A stretch of DNA of 64,000 nt from an uncultured delta proteobacterium (GCA_963845145.1 CAWJQU010000013.1:96001-160000), one strand, 5' to 3'; counted from the first letter of the stretch, positions 22,326-32,762 are shown. Made by a program: numbers and translations. The notes: a model not told the origin generated them from the letters alone.

Positions 22326-22383
22326 AAGCTATTTTTCCGGCAGACGATATTGCCCTCAAAATCTTAAGGGGCCGACGCAAAAC

Positions 22384-22418
22384 GCCCCTTTTTACCTGAA
22401 CTGCCTGGAAAAAGGGGC
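22384..22418 (-). terminator. Hairpin terminator/attenuator downstream of secreted protein gene
   Basis: GCCCCTTTTT (22384-22393) / AAAAAGGGGC (22409-22418), followed by GTTTT on minus strand. Confidence 0.6.
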
Positions 22419-22474
22419 TTATTATAAAGGTTTATTTTAATAAAACCGAATCGATATCCAATCAATTTAATCCG

Positions 22475-23020
22475 TCATCGTTTGATAAAGGATGGGAAAG
22501 GGCTATCGAAAGTAAATGGGCTGGTAAACGGGCCCTCTCTAATTTCCCCCCCGGCAACAACGGATTCCCTTGTAAACGTCCCGCTTTCCCCAGGTACGGG
22601 TGTAAAAGCGATTCTTAGCAGGTGGTCAACCACCTCTTCGTCAATTCCTGAATCAAGCGCCACTTTTGCAAATACGGCCGAGGGAATATTAACACCGGGC
22701 TCCGCGCAACATATGGCCAGATGCTCTAAATTACCACCAGCCTTGATGAGCGAGGTAAGCGCCTGATGTACTTCTATTTTTTCCTTAAGCATGGCAACCA
22801 AAATATCACAAACCGGATAATTTTCTTCAACAGACGTCCAAGCTATTTCTGTAACCGAAACTCCGGTTGAGGTTGCTAATGCGATGCCTGGTCGTAGTTT
22901 ACCCTCATCAAGCTTGTCTTGCCATGATGGGGCAGCATAAGCATTGGCTTGAAATAAAAAAACCAAACCAAGCACTACGCTCACTAAACCGACAAGCTGT
23001 TTTCTTAATTTATCTTTCAT
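22475..23020 (-). CDS. Secreted hypothetical protein
   Basis: Likely start MKDKLRKQ at 23020; signal peptide ending ANAYA/AP; C-terminal GPFTSPFTFDSPFPSF. Confidence 0.78.
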   Translation of the reverse strand: MKDKLRKQLVGLVSVVLGLVFLFQANAYAAPSWQDKLDEGKLRPGIALATSTGVSVTEIAWTSVEENYPVCDILVAMLKEKIEVHQALTSLIKAGGNLEHLAICCAEPGVNIPSAVFAKVALDSGIDEEVVDHLLRIAFTPVPGESGTFTRESVVAGGEIREGPFTSPFTFDSPFPSFIKR

Positions 23021-23222
23021 GGGTATTCTCCGAATCTTTTGAGAAATGGCCCAATGGCATGTTGATTGTTTGTTTGTATTGTATTTAAACATCTTATTTT
23101 ACGTGTTTTTTTTGTTGGGTGCAACCCTTATTTTTCAATCGTTAGATTTGGAATAATGTCTATAGCGCACATGTCTTTAAGTTCGGCCAGTAGAAATAAC
23201 CAAAGTTTAATAATTTTATTAA

Positions 23223-23239
23223 AGCAAGATTTATGCCAA
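23223..23239 (-). promoter_or_regulatory. Sigma54 (-24/-12) promoter
   Basis: TTGGCATAAATCTTGCT on minus strand matches TGGCAC-N5-TTGC with correct spacing, in AT-rich intergenic DNA. Confidence 0.78.
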
Positions 23240-23452
23240 TGAATAAAATTTTATATTAATAATAATAACAGATAATTGCTAATATTATTGTATGGCCTTG
23301 AAAAAAATGTGGAAAAATACTATCTATTTATATTACATTTTTTCGCCAATACCGATAAGATTATTTTTTAAGCTTAAGGAAATTAATTATAAAATTTGCG
23401 AGTCTGCAGGCGGTTGGATTTTATGTGAGCTTGTAAAAATACGTAGTAACCT

Positions 23453-25004
23453 TTAGCTATCATAATCCGGACTGTTTTTCTTTTCAGACGATTGTCTGGT
23501 TTTCATAAAGTCGTTTTGACCCATTTTCTCGATTATCAATTCAAGTGATTCCATTAATGAATTCCTAAGTTGCTCAACCCTTCTGAACGTATACGGGTTG
23601 ATAGGGGTTTGCTGCAGGTTTTTGGCGAGATACAGCACTCCGTAATTGATCTTTTTGTTGTTGATCAGTGGGAACGCCAATCTGAGGAGATGCTCTTTGT
23701 CGGTATCCGTAACCAGTTGAATGTTATACGAATCCGCCTGCCATTTAAATCGCTCCTTTTCCACTAATGAGCTGATTTTTTTATCCAAACGAAGCTCAAC
23801 GGAAGCCAACTCGAGCATCTTGGCTGCTTGGCAGAAATTCTCCCATAAATCGTTTAGGCTGGCGGATTTGCTAATGTCGATCTGAAGGCTTAAAAAACTG
23901 CGTCGATCACGACGTAACCCGGTCATATCGGCTACATCCCGAAACCAACCGTAAACCTTGTCTGAAGCGATATATTCGAAATAGCCGAGTTTGCGAATGA
24001 ATAAAATGGCCCCGGCTCCCAGGACAAATAGAAAAAGGCCGGCGCGTTCGTCCCGAAGGTTGACCATAATCACGGCCGAAAGGCACAATCCGAATGTCAG
24101 TGCATAGATGAGCAAAACCGCCCTTTTGGTACTTAACCCTTTGCTCAGCAAGCGGTGGTGGATATGGCCATTGTCGGGCGCGAACATTTTTCGCCCCCGC
24201 ACAAAACGACGCAAGGGGGTCAGCATCGTATCAAATAGCGGAATTCCCAGGGCCAGCAAAGGAATCAAAAGCGCGGCACCCACCTGGCTCTTCACCGACC
24301 CCATAATGGAGATTGCGGCCACGGCATATCCTAGAAAATAACTGCCGCCATCCCCCAAAAAAATCGTAGCGGGATTGAAATTATAGCGTAAAAAACCGAG
24401 GGTCGCGCCACCGAGTGCTGAAAAGAGCATGGCCGAAATGAAATTTTGCCCAATCACCGATAACACCACCATGACGGCAGCCGCAAAAAAAACCACGCCC
24501 GCGGCCAATCCATCCAGACCATCCACCAGATTGACGGCATTGATAAAAAGGATAAACCAGAAGACTGTAATAAAATAGCTGAATAATTCGAATTCAATTA
24601 TCTTTCCCATAATGACAAATTGTTCGATGCGAACGCCACCCCAAAATGCCACACTGGCACCGATAATTTGAAAAGCGAATTTGATTGCCGGATGAAGCCG
24701 GTGAAAATCATCCACCAGTCCAACCGCAAAGCAGATAACGGCACCGAGAAAAGAAAAGCATTTTCTGCTGATCCAGTACCAGCAAATCGGAAACGCGGGT
24801 CATGAATAGCGTACTGGCCAGCAGCGAAAGCGTAAAAGCGATGAATATGGCCAGGCCACCGATACGGGGGATCGGCTTGGTATGAACTTTTCGAGCGTCG
24901 GGCTCGTCAAGGGCCCCAAGCCGCATTCCAAGCCTTCCCATTAATGGGCTAAGGATTAGGGACAAGGTCAGTGAAATGGCAAATATTAAGAGGAGCGTTG
25001 TCAT
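23453..25004 (-). pseudogene. WecA/MraY-family undecaprenyl-phosphate GlcNAc-1-phosphate transferase, split by frameshift near 24749-24757
   Basis: RKVHTKPIPRIGG in 24708..25004; DD, NAVNLVDGLDGLA, FLGDGGS, HIHHRL in 23453..24715; removing one T in CTTTTCTTTTCTC restores the frame. Confidence 0.85.
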
Positions 25005-25025
25005 GCGATTATGGGATAATACGAC

Positions 25026-26183
25026 CTATTTAAATAAACTGAGCGCGATCTCCCCAGCCAGACGAAGGGGCCGCAGGGGATAATATAAAAAAGTCAGGTT
25101 CGTCGGTAATGGAAATATTCCCCAATCTCGCCGACTGGGTACAAACAGCAAATAGAGAAGGTAACGGGCTCTGTCGCAAAGACTTTCACGAATATTAAAA
25201 TGGAAGAGGGAAAAATTTGAATTTATTCGTTTATTTTTTTGTATAAATAGTGTTTCGGTAACCTTCGTTGTGATTTTCATTGCGATGGGATCTGTTTCTA
25301 TGACTTCCAAAACTCGACTGGGGATCGGCGCTGCCAGCAAATGATGGGCCAACAGGAGTCCGACGTCCAGCATTCTTCGGCACCGTATCTGATCGGCCAA
25401 TTCCATGACCCGCCCCCAATCGATATCACTGCGAGCGCCGACCAGTTCAGCCACACAACAGATACTGTCAAGGTTGCACCAGCAATCCTTCGAACCGTGA
25501 ATGCATAGGTACATCAGCAAATCTTCAACGGGCATTTGGCGTATTGGCGCTCCCGAGAATGTCGTTGATTCAAAATGACCATCAAAATGGTCCATAACCA
25601 TAGGGTAGGTCGTGTAGCGCCCAGTCAAATTCCAATGAAGCTCCACGGTTACCTTTGTGTCCATATTGTATAAGGACAATGAGTATTCCGTCTTAGCATA
25701 AGCGATCAATTGTGCTGCAGTCAGGTCGATTTCGGGTCGATAGTCGAGAGACAAAAGCAGCTGATACATTGTGGAAATATCCTTTTTGCCAACCAGGATA
25801 TCAAGATCTGCAAACTGGCGTAATGCCGAGTCGCCATAAACCGATTCAGCCAAAGCCGGTCCTTTAAAAGGGATAAAGGAAATGTTTTTCTCCTGAAACA
25901 ACGCGATTAATTCGACCAGCTCACCCGCAATGGTGAGGCTGTGCTGAAGATTGGTGTAATAATAGGTTTTGAGTTTTTTTAAGGTGGTTTGAGGAATGGA
26001 TCGGGAATGGGTTTTTTGCAGGTTGATAAACAACAGCGGCATGACCCGATGAGCCACAGCGATTCGGATCACATCGTCCCAATCGATTTCTTCTTTTAGG
26101 AGTGATAAAACATGATCGGTTAAGCGATTATCCAGGCGGGTTCGGGAACAGCTTAAAATGAGTTCAACTTCCGTGCGTCTCAT
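25026..26183 (-). CDS. Nucleotidyltransferase family protein (NTP_transf_5-like)
   Basis: FKGPALAESVYGDSALRQFADLDILV, VELHW, LCIHGSK motifs. Confidence 0.85.
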   Translation of the reverse strand: MRRTEVELILSCSRTRLDNRLTDHVLSLLKEEIDWDDVIRIAVAHRVMPLLFINLQKTHSRSIPQTTLKKLKTYYYTNLQHSLTIAGELVELIALFQEKNISFIPFKGPALAESVYGDSALRQFADLDILVGKKDISTMYQLLLSLDYRPEIDLTAAQLIAYAKTEYSLSLYNMDTKVTVELHWNLTGRYTTYPMVMDHFDGHFESTTFSGAPIRQMPVEDLLMYLCIHGSKDCWCNLDSICCVAELVGARSDIDWGRVMELADQIRCRRMLDVGLLLAHHLLAAPIPSRVLEVIETDPIAMKITTKVTETLFIQKNKRINSNFSLFHFNIRESLCDRARYLLYLLFVPSRRDWGIFPLPTNLTFLYYPLRPLRLAGEIALSLFK

Positions 26184-26959
26184 TTTATCTTTTTTAAGCC
26201 GGCCAATTCAAGAAACACGTGCCACAGAAATCGCGGTCCATCGATAAGATCCCGCCGCCATAGCTTTCTAGGTTCTTTATATAGCCGCCATAACCATTCC
26301 ACTCCAATTCGGGCAACCCACTCTGGAGATCTCTCTACTGTACCAGCCAAAAAATTAAAGATGGCGCCTATACCGACTGCAATCGGTATTCGTAATTTGT
26401 CTTTGTACTTGTAAATCCATATGTCTTGTTTGGGGCAACCCAATGCCACCCATAAGACATCCGGTTTGGCCGCATTAATCATACTGATGATATCATTTTC
26501 TTCTTTATTTGAAAGTGGTCTGAAAGGGGGTGAAAATGTGCCAACGATACGATGGCCAGGGTATTCTTTATTAAGCTTGATGGCCATTTTATTGAGGGTC
26601 GCTTCTGTATCACCATAAAAAAAGCTTTTATATCTTTTTTGATTAGCAATATTAAAGAATGCTCTCACAAAATCGATACCGGCGAGTCTTTTAGCCGTTT
26701 TACATCCCTTCAGCGTGGCAATCCATTTGAAGGATATGCCATCGGGTATCCATAAGTCAGCATTATGATAGATTTTTTGAATTTCGGCTGATTTGCTGGC
26801 TTCCCAGATTCCGTGAAATCCCGTATTGACTATTTGTCCACAAGGTTGACCCGGCGTATAGCTATCTATCATATCTTCCATGGCCGCGATAATCTCAGGA
26901 ATGTCCAATGCCGGTATCACATTGTTAAGAATCCGAACCGATTTAACAGGGTTTCGCAT
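26180..26959 (-). CDS. WecB/TagA/CpsF family glycosyltransferase
   Basis: IPDG, LWVALGCPKQD, GIGAIFNFLAG, EWLWRLYKEPRKLWRR. Confidence 0.93.
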   Translation of the reverse strand: MRNPVKSVRILNNVIPALDIPEIIAAMEDMIDSYTPGQPCGQIVNTGFHGIWEASKSAEIQKIYHNADLWIPDGISFKWIATLKGCKTAKRLAGIDFVRAFFNIANQKRYKSFFYGDTEATLNKMAIKLNKEYPGHRIVGTFSPPFRPLSNKEENDIISMINAAKPDVLWVALGCPKQDIWIYKYKDKLRIPIAVGIGAIFNFLAGTVERSPEWVARIGVEWLWRLYKEPRKLWRRDLIDGPRFLWHVFLELAGLKKIK

Positions 26960-27182
26960 TAATCATCTATTGCCGATTTATCATTAAAAAAACTGCGGTA
27001 CCCCTTTTGGTTGGCCAGCGCAAAAAATGCCTGCATTGACTCGGCACCGGGAATTCTCTGGATTTTTCAAAGGCCCTTGAGCCTTGAAATCGCTACTGGG
27101 GCGATGGCATCCGGCCCACAGATATCCGCGCTGTTTTGATTTCGTTTGAGTTCCGCGTCTTGATGGGCTTTCAATATCCCAT

Positions 27183-27959
27183 TTAATCACTACTATAAGA
27201 GGAAAGTGTTTTTCCAGCCCACAGGTTTACACCGTCGGCAATCGGCATTCCGAGATAACTGTCTACCAACCGGCCTGATTCGTCTAATGCTGGATGGATC
27301 ATTACCTCGCAGGACCTGAAGCGATTCGGGTTCCGATTAATTTCGAATTCGTAATCATCGGCTTTTCCAAAACGGCGTGTCCGGCGTAATCCATTAATCT
27401 CGATAAAGAAGTTGACCAAAGAGCGGTAGATATAATTTAACTGTGACCGATCAAGGCCGATATTTCGTGCAATTCTAATATATGGGATTTGCTCTTTTTT
27501 TAGCACCCGAATAACAATAGGCAGAACACCGGGTTCCTCATGCATATGGTTATGGGAGTCAGCATGGGTCAATGGTAGGCCGGCACCCCGGCATCGTCTA
27601 ATTTGCGCGCGGAGTTCTTTTTCCACCGCGAGCTTTTCTACTGAAGACAACCGCCAGTAGCGGATCGAACGGCGCATGACCAGCGTTCCGTCTTTTAGGC
27701 AGAATCGCTGGCATTGTCTTATCGACTTCGTCAGGGCCTTTCCCTGAGTGAGATTCAGGTGAACGCCGATCCGATTGTGCCAGCCATGTTTACTGATTAT
27801 TCGGAATGCATCCTGGGTGGAAGGCATATTGGCCATGATCGTTGCGCTGGAGCACCACCCTTTTGCGAGACACACGGCAACGCCACGATTGTGAGATACG
27901 TCCCGGCCTAAATCGTCGGCGTTGATGATAAGAAGATTTAACGTCTTTTTTAAGACCAT
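27183..27959 (-). CDS. ChbG/HpnK (YdjC) family carbohydrate deacetylase
   Basis: LIINADDLG, GVHLNLTQG, THADSHNHMH, EVMIHP. Confidence 0.9.
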   Translation of the reverse strand: MVLKKTLNLLIINADDLGRDVSHNRGVAVCLAKGWCSSATIMANMPSTQDAFRIISKHGWHNRIGVHLNLTQGKALTKSIRQCQRFCLKDGTLVMRRSIRYWRLSSVEKLAVEKELRAQIRRCRGAGLPLTHADSHNHMHEEPGVLPIVIRVLKKEQIPYIRIARNIGLDRSQLNYIYRSLVNFFIEINGLRRTRRFGKADDYEFEINRNPNRFRSCEVMIHPALDESGRLVDSYLGMPIADGVNLWAGKTLSSYSSD

Positions 27960-27978
27960 TCTTCAGTCTTGTCCTACT

Positions 27979-28620
27979 TTAGATATTTAGACAGTTTCCC
28001 TCACGATAAAAAATGCTGGTTTGTCCAACATGAATCACTTGTGGTCGCATCCCTCTGAAACAGATTTCACGAAAACCCATCTCCGCCATTATATGGTGAT
28101 CATTATTTCGCTCTGTATCATCCCAAAGCACAACGCCACTTTTACTCAGGTACGCCTCTACCATACTGGCGCATTCAAGTCGGCTTTTCCTTTCCGCATC
28201 AATAACCACAAAATCAAAAACCTTGCCATCTTCTATGAAAGAACCGGGATCATTTAAAAACGATTGAATGGAAGAAGCGAACAAGACTATTGCATTGCTT
28301 TGAACTTTTGTGGATACATATTTTGCCCAAGGACTGTGACTCTCAATGGACAAGACCTCCTTCACCCTTGTACTTAACCATATAGTCGAATTACCACAAC
28401 CAAATTCGAGTACACTGGCGTTTTTAGGAAGCCGTTCAGCGAGAAAATGAATACAAGGATAAGTCCACCAAGGAATGGCATCTCCTTTTTCATTGATCGG
28501 CTTGGAAACATGAAATGAGTGAAACCACCCCAACTGTTTAAGGGCACTCTTGGGGTGATAACGTAAAACCAAAGGGCCAAAGCCGCTCGAGCGCATAAGA
28601 CGCCATACCAATGTAGCCAT
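27979..28620 (-). CDS. SAM-dependent methyltransferase-like protein
   Basis: IPWWTYPCIHFL, VLEFGCGNSTIW, FDFVVIDA; start probably ATG at 28620. Confidence 0.8.
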   Translation of the reverse strand: MATLVWRLMRSSGFGPLVLRYHPKSALKQLGWFHSFHVSKPINEKGDAIPWWTYPCIHFLAERLPKNASVLEFGCGNSTIWLSTRVKEVLSIESHSPWAKYVSTKVQSNAIVLFASSIQSFLNDPGSFIEDGKVFDFVVIDAERKSRLECASMVEAYLSKSGVVLWDDTERNNDHHIMAEMGFREICFRGMRPQVIHVGQTSIFYREGNCLNI

Positions 28621-28669
28621 TTTCTGATTCACCGAACCAGGAGGTATATTTTGATATCGTAGAATTTTT

Positions 28670-29885
28670 TCATACCGGCCGATAACGTCCTTTCCAAAAC
28701 GGTAATACGGCTCGTGACCACCATGGCCCCAACCGCTTTGGGTTATTGCGGCAAAACTCAATCGCACCCAGCGCCCCGCTTAGATAGCGTTCTATCCCCC
28801 ATTGTCCGATGATTCTTCGGGAATTTTCACCCATCTCGCGACGACGCTCCTCAGGGAGAATAGTAAGAACGCTTAGCTTATCGGCCATAGCTTGAATATC
28901 AAACGGTTCCAACGCAAATCCGTTCACCCCCTCTTGAACCAGTGATTCAAAGCATCCGCACAGCGGACTGACTAAAACGGGTGCACCACAGCACATTGCC
29001 TCATTAACCACATTACCCCAGGTTTCGTTGATACTCGGGAGAACAAAAGCTGTACACAAGCTATAATAACTCGCCAAAATTTCCCGAGAAATGGAAGATC
29101 GTAAATGAAACCGGCCCCGAGGCAGTGAATCCGAAAATTGAGCAAGCATTGCGCGTTCGGGCCCATCTCCTATCAAGATGAAATCAATGGGGTGATCCGC
29201 CTCTCTAGCGTATATTTTATATGCTTCAAGCAGCCGAAACCAGTTTTTAGCGGGAATTAGTCGTCCGACCCCAAAAAAAAAGCGCTCCGGTAGGGCCAAC
29301 TCTTTTCTCTTGGTATTTTCCAATGCCACAGATTCCTTATGTCTCTTTACCCATACGTCATTCATCGAGCTATTCAGTCCATAAAATTGACGTTCGCCTG
29401 GGATCCCCCACCATTGATAATCATCACAGTGCGAAGGTGCCGGGATAAATACGGCATCACAATTGACATAGAAACAGCGCTTAATAAAATTCGTAAATCG
29501 ATTCGCCGAAACATTTCGTTGACGAACCGTATCCATCAGGATTACCGGGATATTTCGCCCCACCGCCCAACGGATGGCAGCCGCACCCATTGGGAACGCA
29601 ACCGCCCAGGCCATCACCACAGCCGGACTCAGCCGATCAAGTGCCGCGATACATTCAGTATACAACTGTCGGGCTGCCAGATCTTGTACTCTTATTTGCG
29701 GATAAAGGCACTCCCGCCAGGGGGACTGCCGCGACTCCTCCGGTAGATCTTCATAGAGGCCACCTCGCCCAGTACCTTCGAGGGCAATGAAATCTATCCC
29801 TTCTGCCGCTAATTTAGTATAAAGTGCCTCTAGTTTTTTCTACCATGTAAGGGGCAAAATCCGTATGGGTAAAAACAATGCGCAT
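28670..29885 (-). pseudogene. GT4 family glycosyltransferase with frameshifted N-terminus
   Basis: VGRLIPAKN, ETWGNVVNEAMCCG in 28670..29665; start MRIVFTHTDF at 29885 separated by at least two frame changes. Confidence 0.8.
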
Positions 29886-29955
29886 AGGTATCAGCCTGGT
29901 AACAATAGCCTTGTTAACGGTAGAGTGTAGTGGTCAACACAAAACGGACACATTG

Positions 29956-30801
29956 TTAAGCAACTTTTAGCCAACGTTCTTTCTCATAATCGATAGGGGA
30001 TAGATACCCCAAAGTCGAATGTAACCGGATACTATTGTAGTAAGTGACATAATCCAATATTTCAATTTCAGCATCATTACGGGTAAAAAAACGATATGCG
30101 TGCAATCGTTCGGATTTCAAGGAACGAAAAAAGCGCTCCGTGGGCGCATTATCCCAACAGTTACCTTTGCGGCTCATGCTGGGGATCATACCGTAGGTTT
30201 TAAGTTGTTTCTGGTATTCGTGACACGCATATTGACTGCCACGATCCGAATGGTGCAACAGGCCTCTGGAGGGCTTTCTTTGCCAGTAGGCCATCGCCAA
30301 AGCATCCATTACGAGATCTTTTTTCATCCGCTTATCCATAGCCCAGCCCACGATTTGACGCGAATAAAGGTCCATGACAATGGCCAGGTAAAGCCAACCC
30401 TCATAGGTCCAAACATAACTGATATCCGCCGTCCAGACCGTATTGGGCAGATCAACATCAAAGTTGCGATTAAGGATATTGGCTGCCACGGGGTACGCAT
30501 GACGACTATCAGTCGTGCATTTAAACCGTTTGGGTGTTTTCGCCTTTAAACCCATTTGTCGCATGATTCGGCGTACTTTAAACCGTCCAATGGAATGATC
30601 TTCCGCTTCTAATTGTTTAACAATCCTGCGGGAACCATAACTGGCTTTGGATTGGTCGAATATCACTTTGATTCGATGCCTTAACGCCGCTTCATCTGGT
30701 CGGTGGTTATCTCCGGATCGGTAATGATCCAGATAGTCATAAAAACCACTCCGGCTAACCCGCATCACCTTACATAAAACGGTGACGGGAAAGGCCTTCA
30801 T
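29956..30801 (-). CDS. IS3 transposase OrfB (DDE integrase core)
   Basis: WTADISY, HSDRGSQY, GNCWDNAPTERFFRSLKSE. Confidence 0.96.
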   Translation of the reverse strand: MKAFPVTVLCKVMRVSRSGFYDYLDHYRSGDNHRPDEAALRHRIKVIFDQSKASYGSRRIVKQLEAEDHSIGRFKVRRIMRQMGLKAKTPKRFKCTTDSRHAYPVAANILNRNFDVDLPNTVWTADISYVWTYEGWLYLAIVMDLYSRQIVGWAMDKRMKKDLVMDALAMAYWQRKPSRGLLHHSDRGSQYACHEYQKQLKTYGMIPSMSRKGNCWDNAPTERFFRSLKSERLHAYRFFTRNDAEIEILDYVTYYNSIRLHSTLGYLSPIDYEKERWLKVA

Positions 30802-30824
30802 TTGCTGCCGGATAAAATCAAATC

Positions 30825-31124
30825 TTAGTTTGATTCGTTGGCAAAGAAGGCCGCCGCCTTTTTTAAGATTTCGCGCTCCATCAAAAGGCGTTTGTTTTCT
30901 TTTTGGAGGCGCTTATTTTCCAGCGCCAAGTCCACGGAAGAATCTGCTTTAGTAGGGTTTTCCAATTTATCCCGATGTTGGCGGACCCACCGGGAGATAT
31001 TGGTATGATGGGTTCCCAATCGACGACCCACTTCAGCCGCGCTGTAGCCTTGTTCGGTGACCAGCTTAACAGCATCGTTTTTAAAGTCGTCGGTAAAGAT
31101 CCTGCGTTTCCGATTTTGGTTCAT
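30825..31124 (-). CDS. IS3 transposase OrfA (HTH)
   Basis: RRIFTDDFKNDAV...EREILKKAAAFFA; RBS GAGGTG before ATG 31124; A-AAA-AAG slippery site at 30858-30864. Confidence 0.94.
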   Translation of the reverse strand: MNQNRKRRIFTDDFKNDAVKLVTEQGYSAAEVGRRLGTHHTNISRWVRQHRDKLENPTKADSSVDLALENKRLQKENKRLLMEREILKKAAAFFANESN

Positions 31125-31146
31125 TTGACACCTCGTCTGCATAAAA

Positions 31147-31318
31147 GGCCTGATAACCATCATTTGGCATTGAAATCATATTGGCAACTTTGAACCCGCA
31201 GAAAAGATTATTTGCTCCGACGAGCACCTTTATAAGCCCATTCTCGCAAATAACCTCTTCTGCTGGAATCCGTGGCATTTTACATGAATTCATGGCATTG
31301 ATCGATGGTTATCAGACC
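31147..31318. mobile_element. 172-bp MITE inside the IS3 leader
   Basis: Terminal IRs GGCCTGATAACCATC / GGTCTGATAACCATC (14/15), flanked by AAA on both sides. Confidence 0.75.
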
Positions 31319-31452
31319 AAATGATTATTACGCTTAACTCGGTGTCCGGTTTTATTAGACCACATCAGAGTTACAATTCGGTACAGTAGCGTTCTGATCA
31401 TTCTACTTTCCATGATCTTTAGTGATAGGAGCTATGATTGCCCCAAACATTG

Positions 31453-32762
31453 TTATCGATACATTTGCCTATAAATCTTGTCGAGTTTTTCACCTTTTTT
31501 CTTCCATTTAAACTTTATCGCACGGTTTAGCCCTTCAACAGCTAGTTTGCGTCTAACATCTTCGTTTTGAATACAAAAAAGCGCTAAGGCGAATTCTTGA
31601 CGAAAAATTTTAATACTATTTGAGGAGACACGAATTCCACAGTCTGGAGTTACTGCATCCCGAAACCCACAATGATCCGGACAAACACGGGGATACCATT
31701 GGCAAGCGCTTCAACAACAACGGTGGAAGTCAAATCATATACACTGGTTACCAATAGCGCGTGCGCTGCCTGCAAAAGCACCAGTGCCTGTTGCCGTGGA
31801 ACTAGGCCATGCCAACGAATGCGATCTTGCAGACCTAACTTCTTGGCCATTGATCGCCATGCATTTTTTTCCGGCCCGTCCCCCACTACATCCAGCGTCC
31901 AGTTTTCATCCTTGAATCGTTGGCGCAATCCTTCATCCCCAATGGACACCGGTTGGATCACGGCTCGGAAAAAATGGGGTAGCGCTTTTCCGGGCAACAG
32001 GTTTCCGATCCAGATCAAGCGAAGAGGTTCACCAAGCTTGCGCTTAGATAAATCTGCAATCTCTCGAATCCCTGACGGCGGCAAACCAACCTCGCAAATC
32101 ACAGTACTCTCAAAACCATAGTAGCGCTTAATCTCATCCCGGATACCGCTGGTGGCGGCAATCAAGTTGCCGTTAGCCGACCGCATTGCGCGACGCACAT
32201 CAAAACGGAGCAACTTATCGCAACGATTGAACCAATTCCGTCCCCAATAGTGCAGGTGAGCCTTTAATCCCAAACCGTCGAGAAGTTTTAAATTGGTCTG
32301 TTCAAGTCCCCCGATCGGACCCCAAACAAACGGAATCCCCAGTTTCCATAGGTAGCCCGGGACACGGAAACCGACATAGGTCAGATTGTGTGCCAGGTCG
32401 AACCCGACTATTTGGTGCAGCTTCAAAGCCACCTGATAGGCTCGGCGCTGCCAGATCTTTTTATAAACAAACAAATCAATGGGCGGCCAGATATGCCGTT
32501 CAATCCACTCGATGGCTTTTAGATGCTGGAACGGCCGAACATATACCGGATGGTAGTGCTCCCGCAGAGAAGCGTTTCTATCCAATGTCCCCTCAATTCC
32601 CCCACGGTTGTTATCGGATGTAAGTACCCAAACATCGTGACATTTGGCAATCGTTGTACTCCAACCCCAACCCACTGCCGATTCTGAGCCCTTGTCCGGG
32701 TGGCAGGCGTAAGCGGAAATCAAGACTTTAAGGCGTTGATTTATTTTTGTATCATGCGACAT
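31453..32762 (-). pseudogene. GT4 family glycosyltransferase with frameshifted C-terminus
   Basis: LKVLISAYACHPDKGSE, VWGPIGG, VVVEALANGIP; continuation CPDHCGFRDAVTPDCG lies in another frame after ~31685. Confidence 0.85.

Larger units (their letters stand above)
29926..31367 (-). mobile_element. IS3-family insertion sequence carrying an internal MITE
   Basis: TG...CA ends, imperfect IRs TGTAGTGGTCAACACAAAACGGACAC / TGATGTGGTCTAATAAAACCGGACAC, 3-bp target duplication GAG. Confidence 0.95.

Noticed and set aside
15360..23239. Canonical PEP-CTERM/exosortase system
   Set aside because: No exosortase, PrsK/PrsR or PEP-TM-basic C-terminus in the window
23300..23345. TGT-N11-ACA enhancer-binding site for the sigma54 promoter
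   Set aside because: Only imperfect matches in very AT-rich DNA; cannot be distinguished from chance
13534..26183. Complete lasso peptide cluster
   Set aside because: No asparagine-synthetase-like cyclase, B protein or precursor with a YxxPxL leader found in the intergenic gaps
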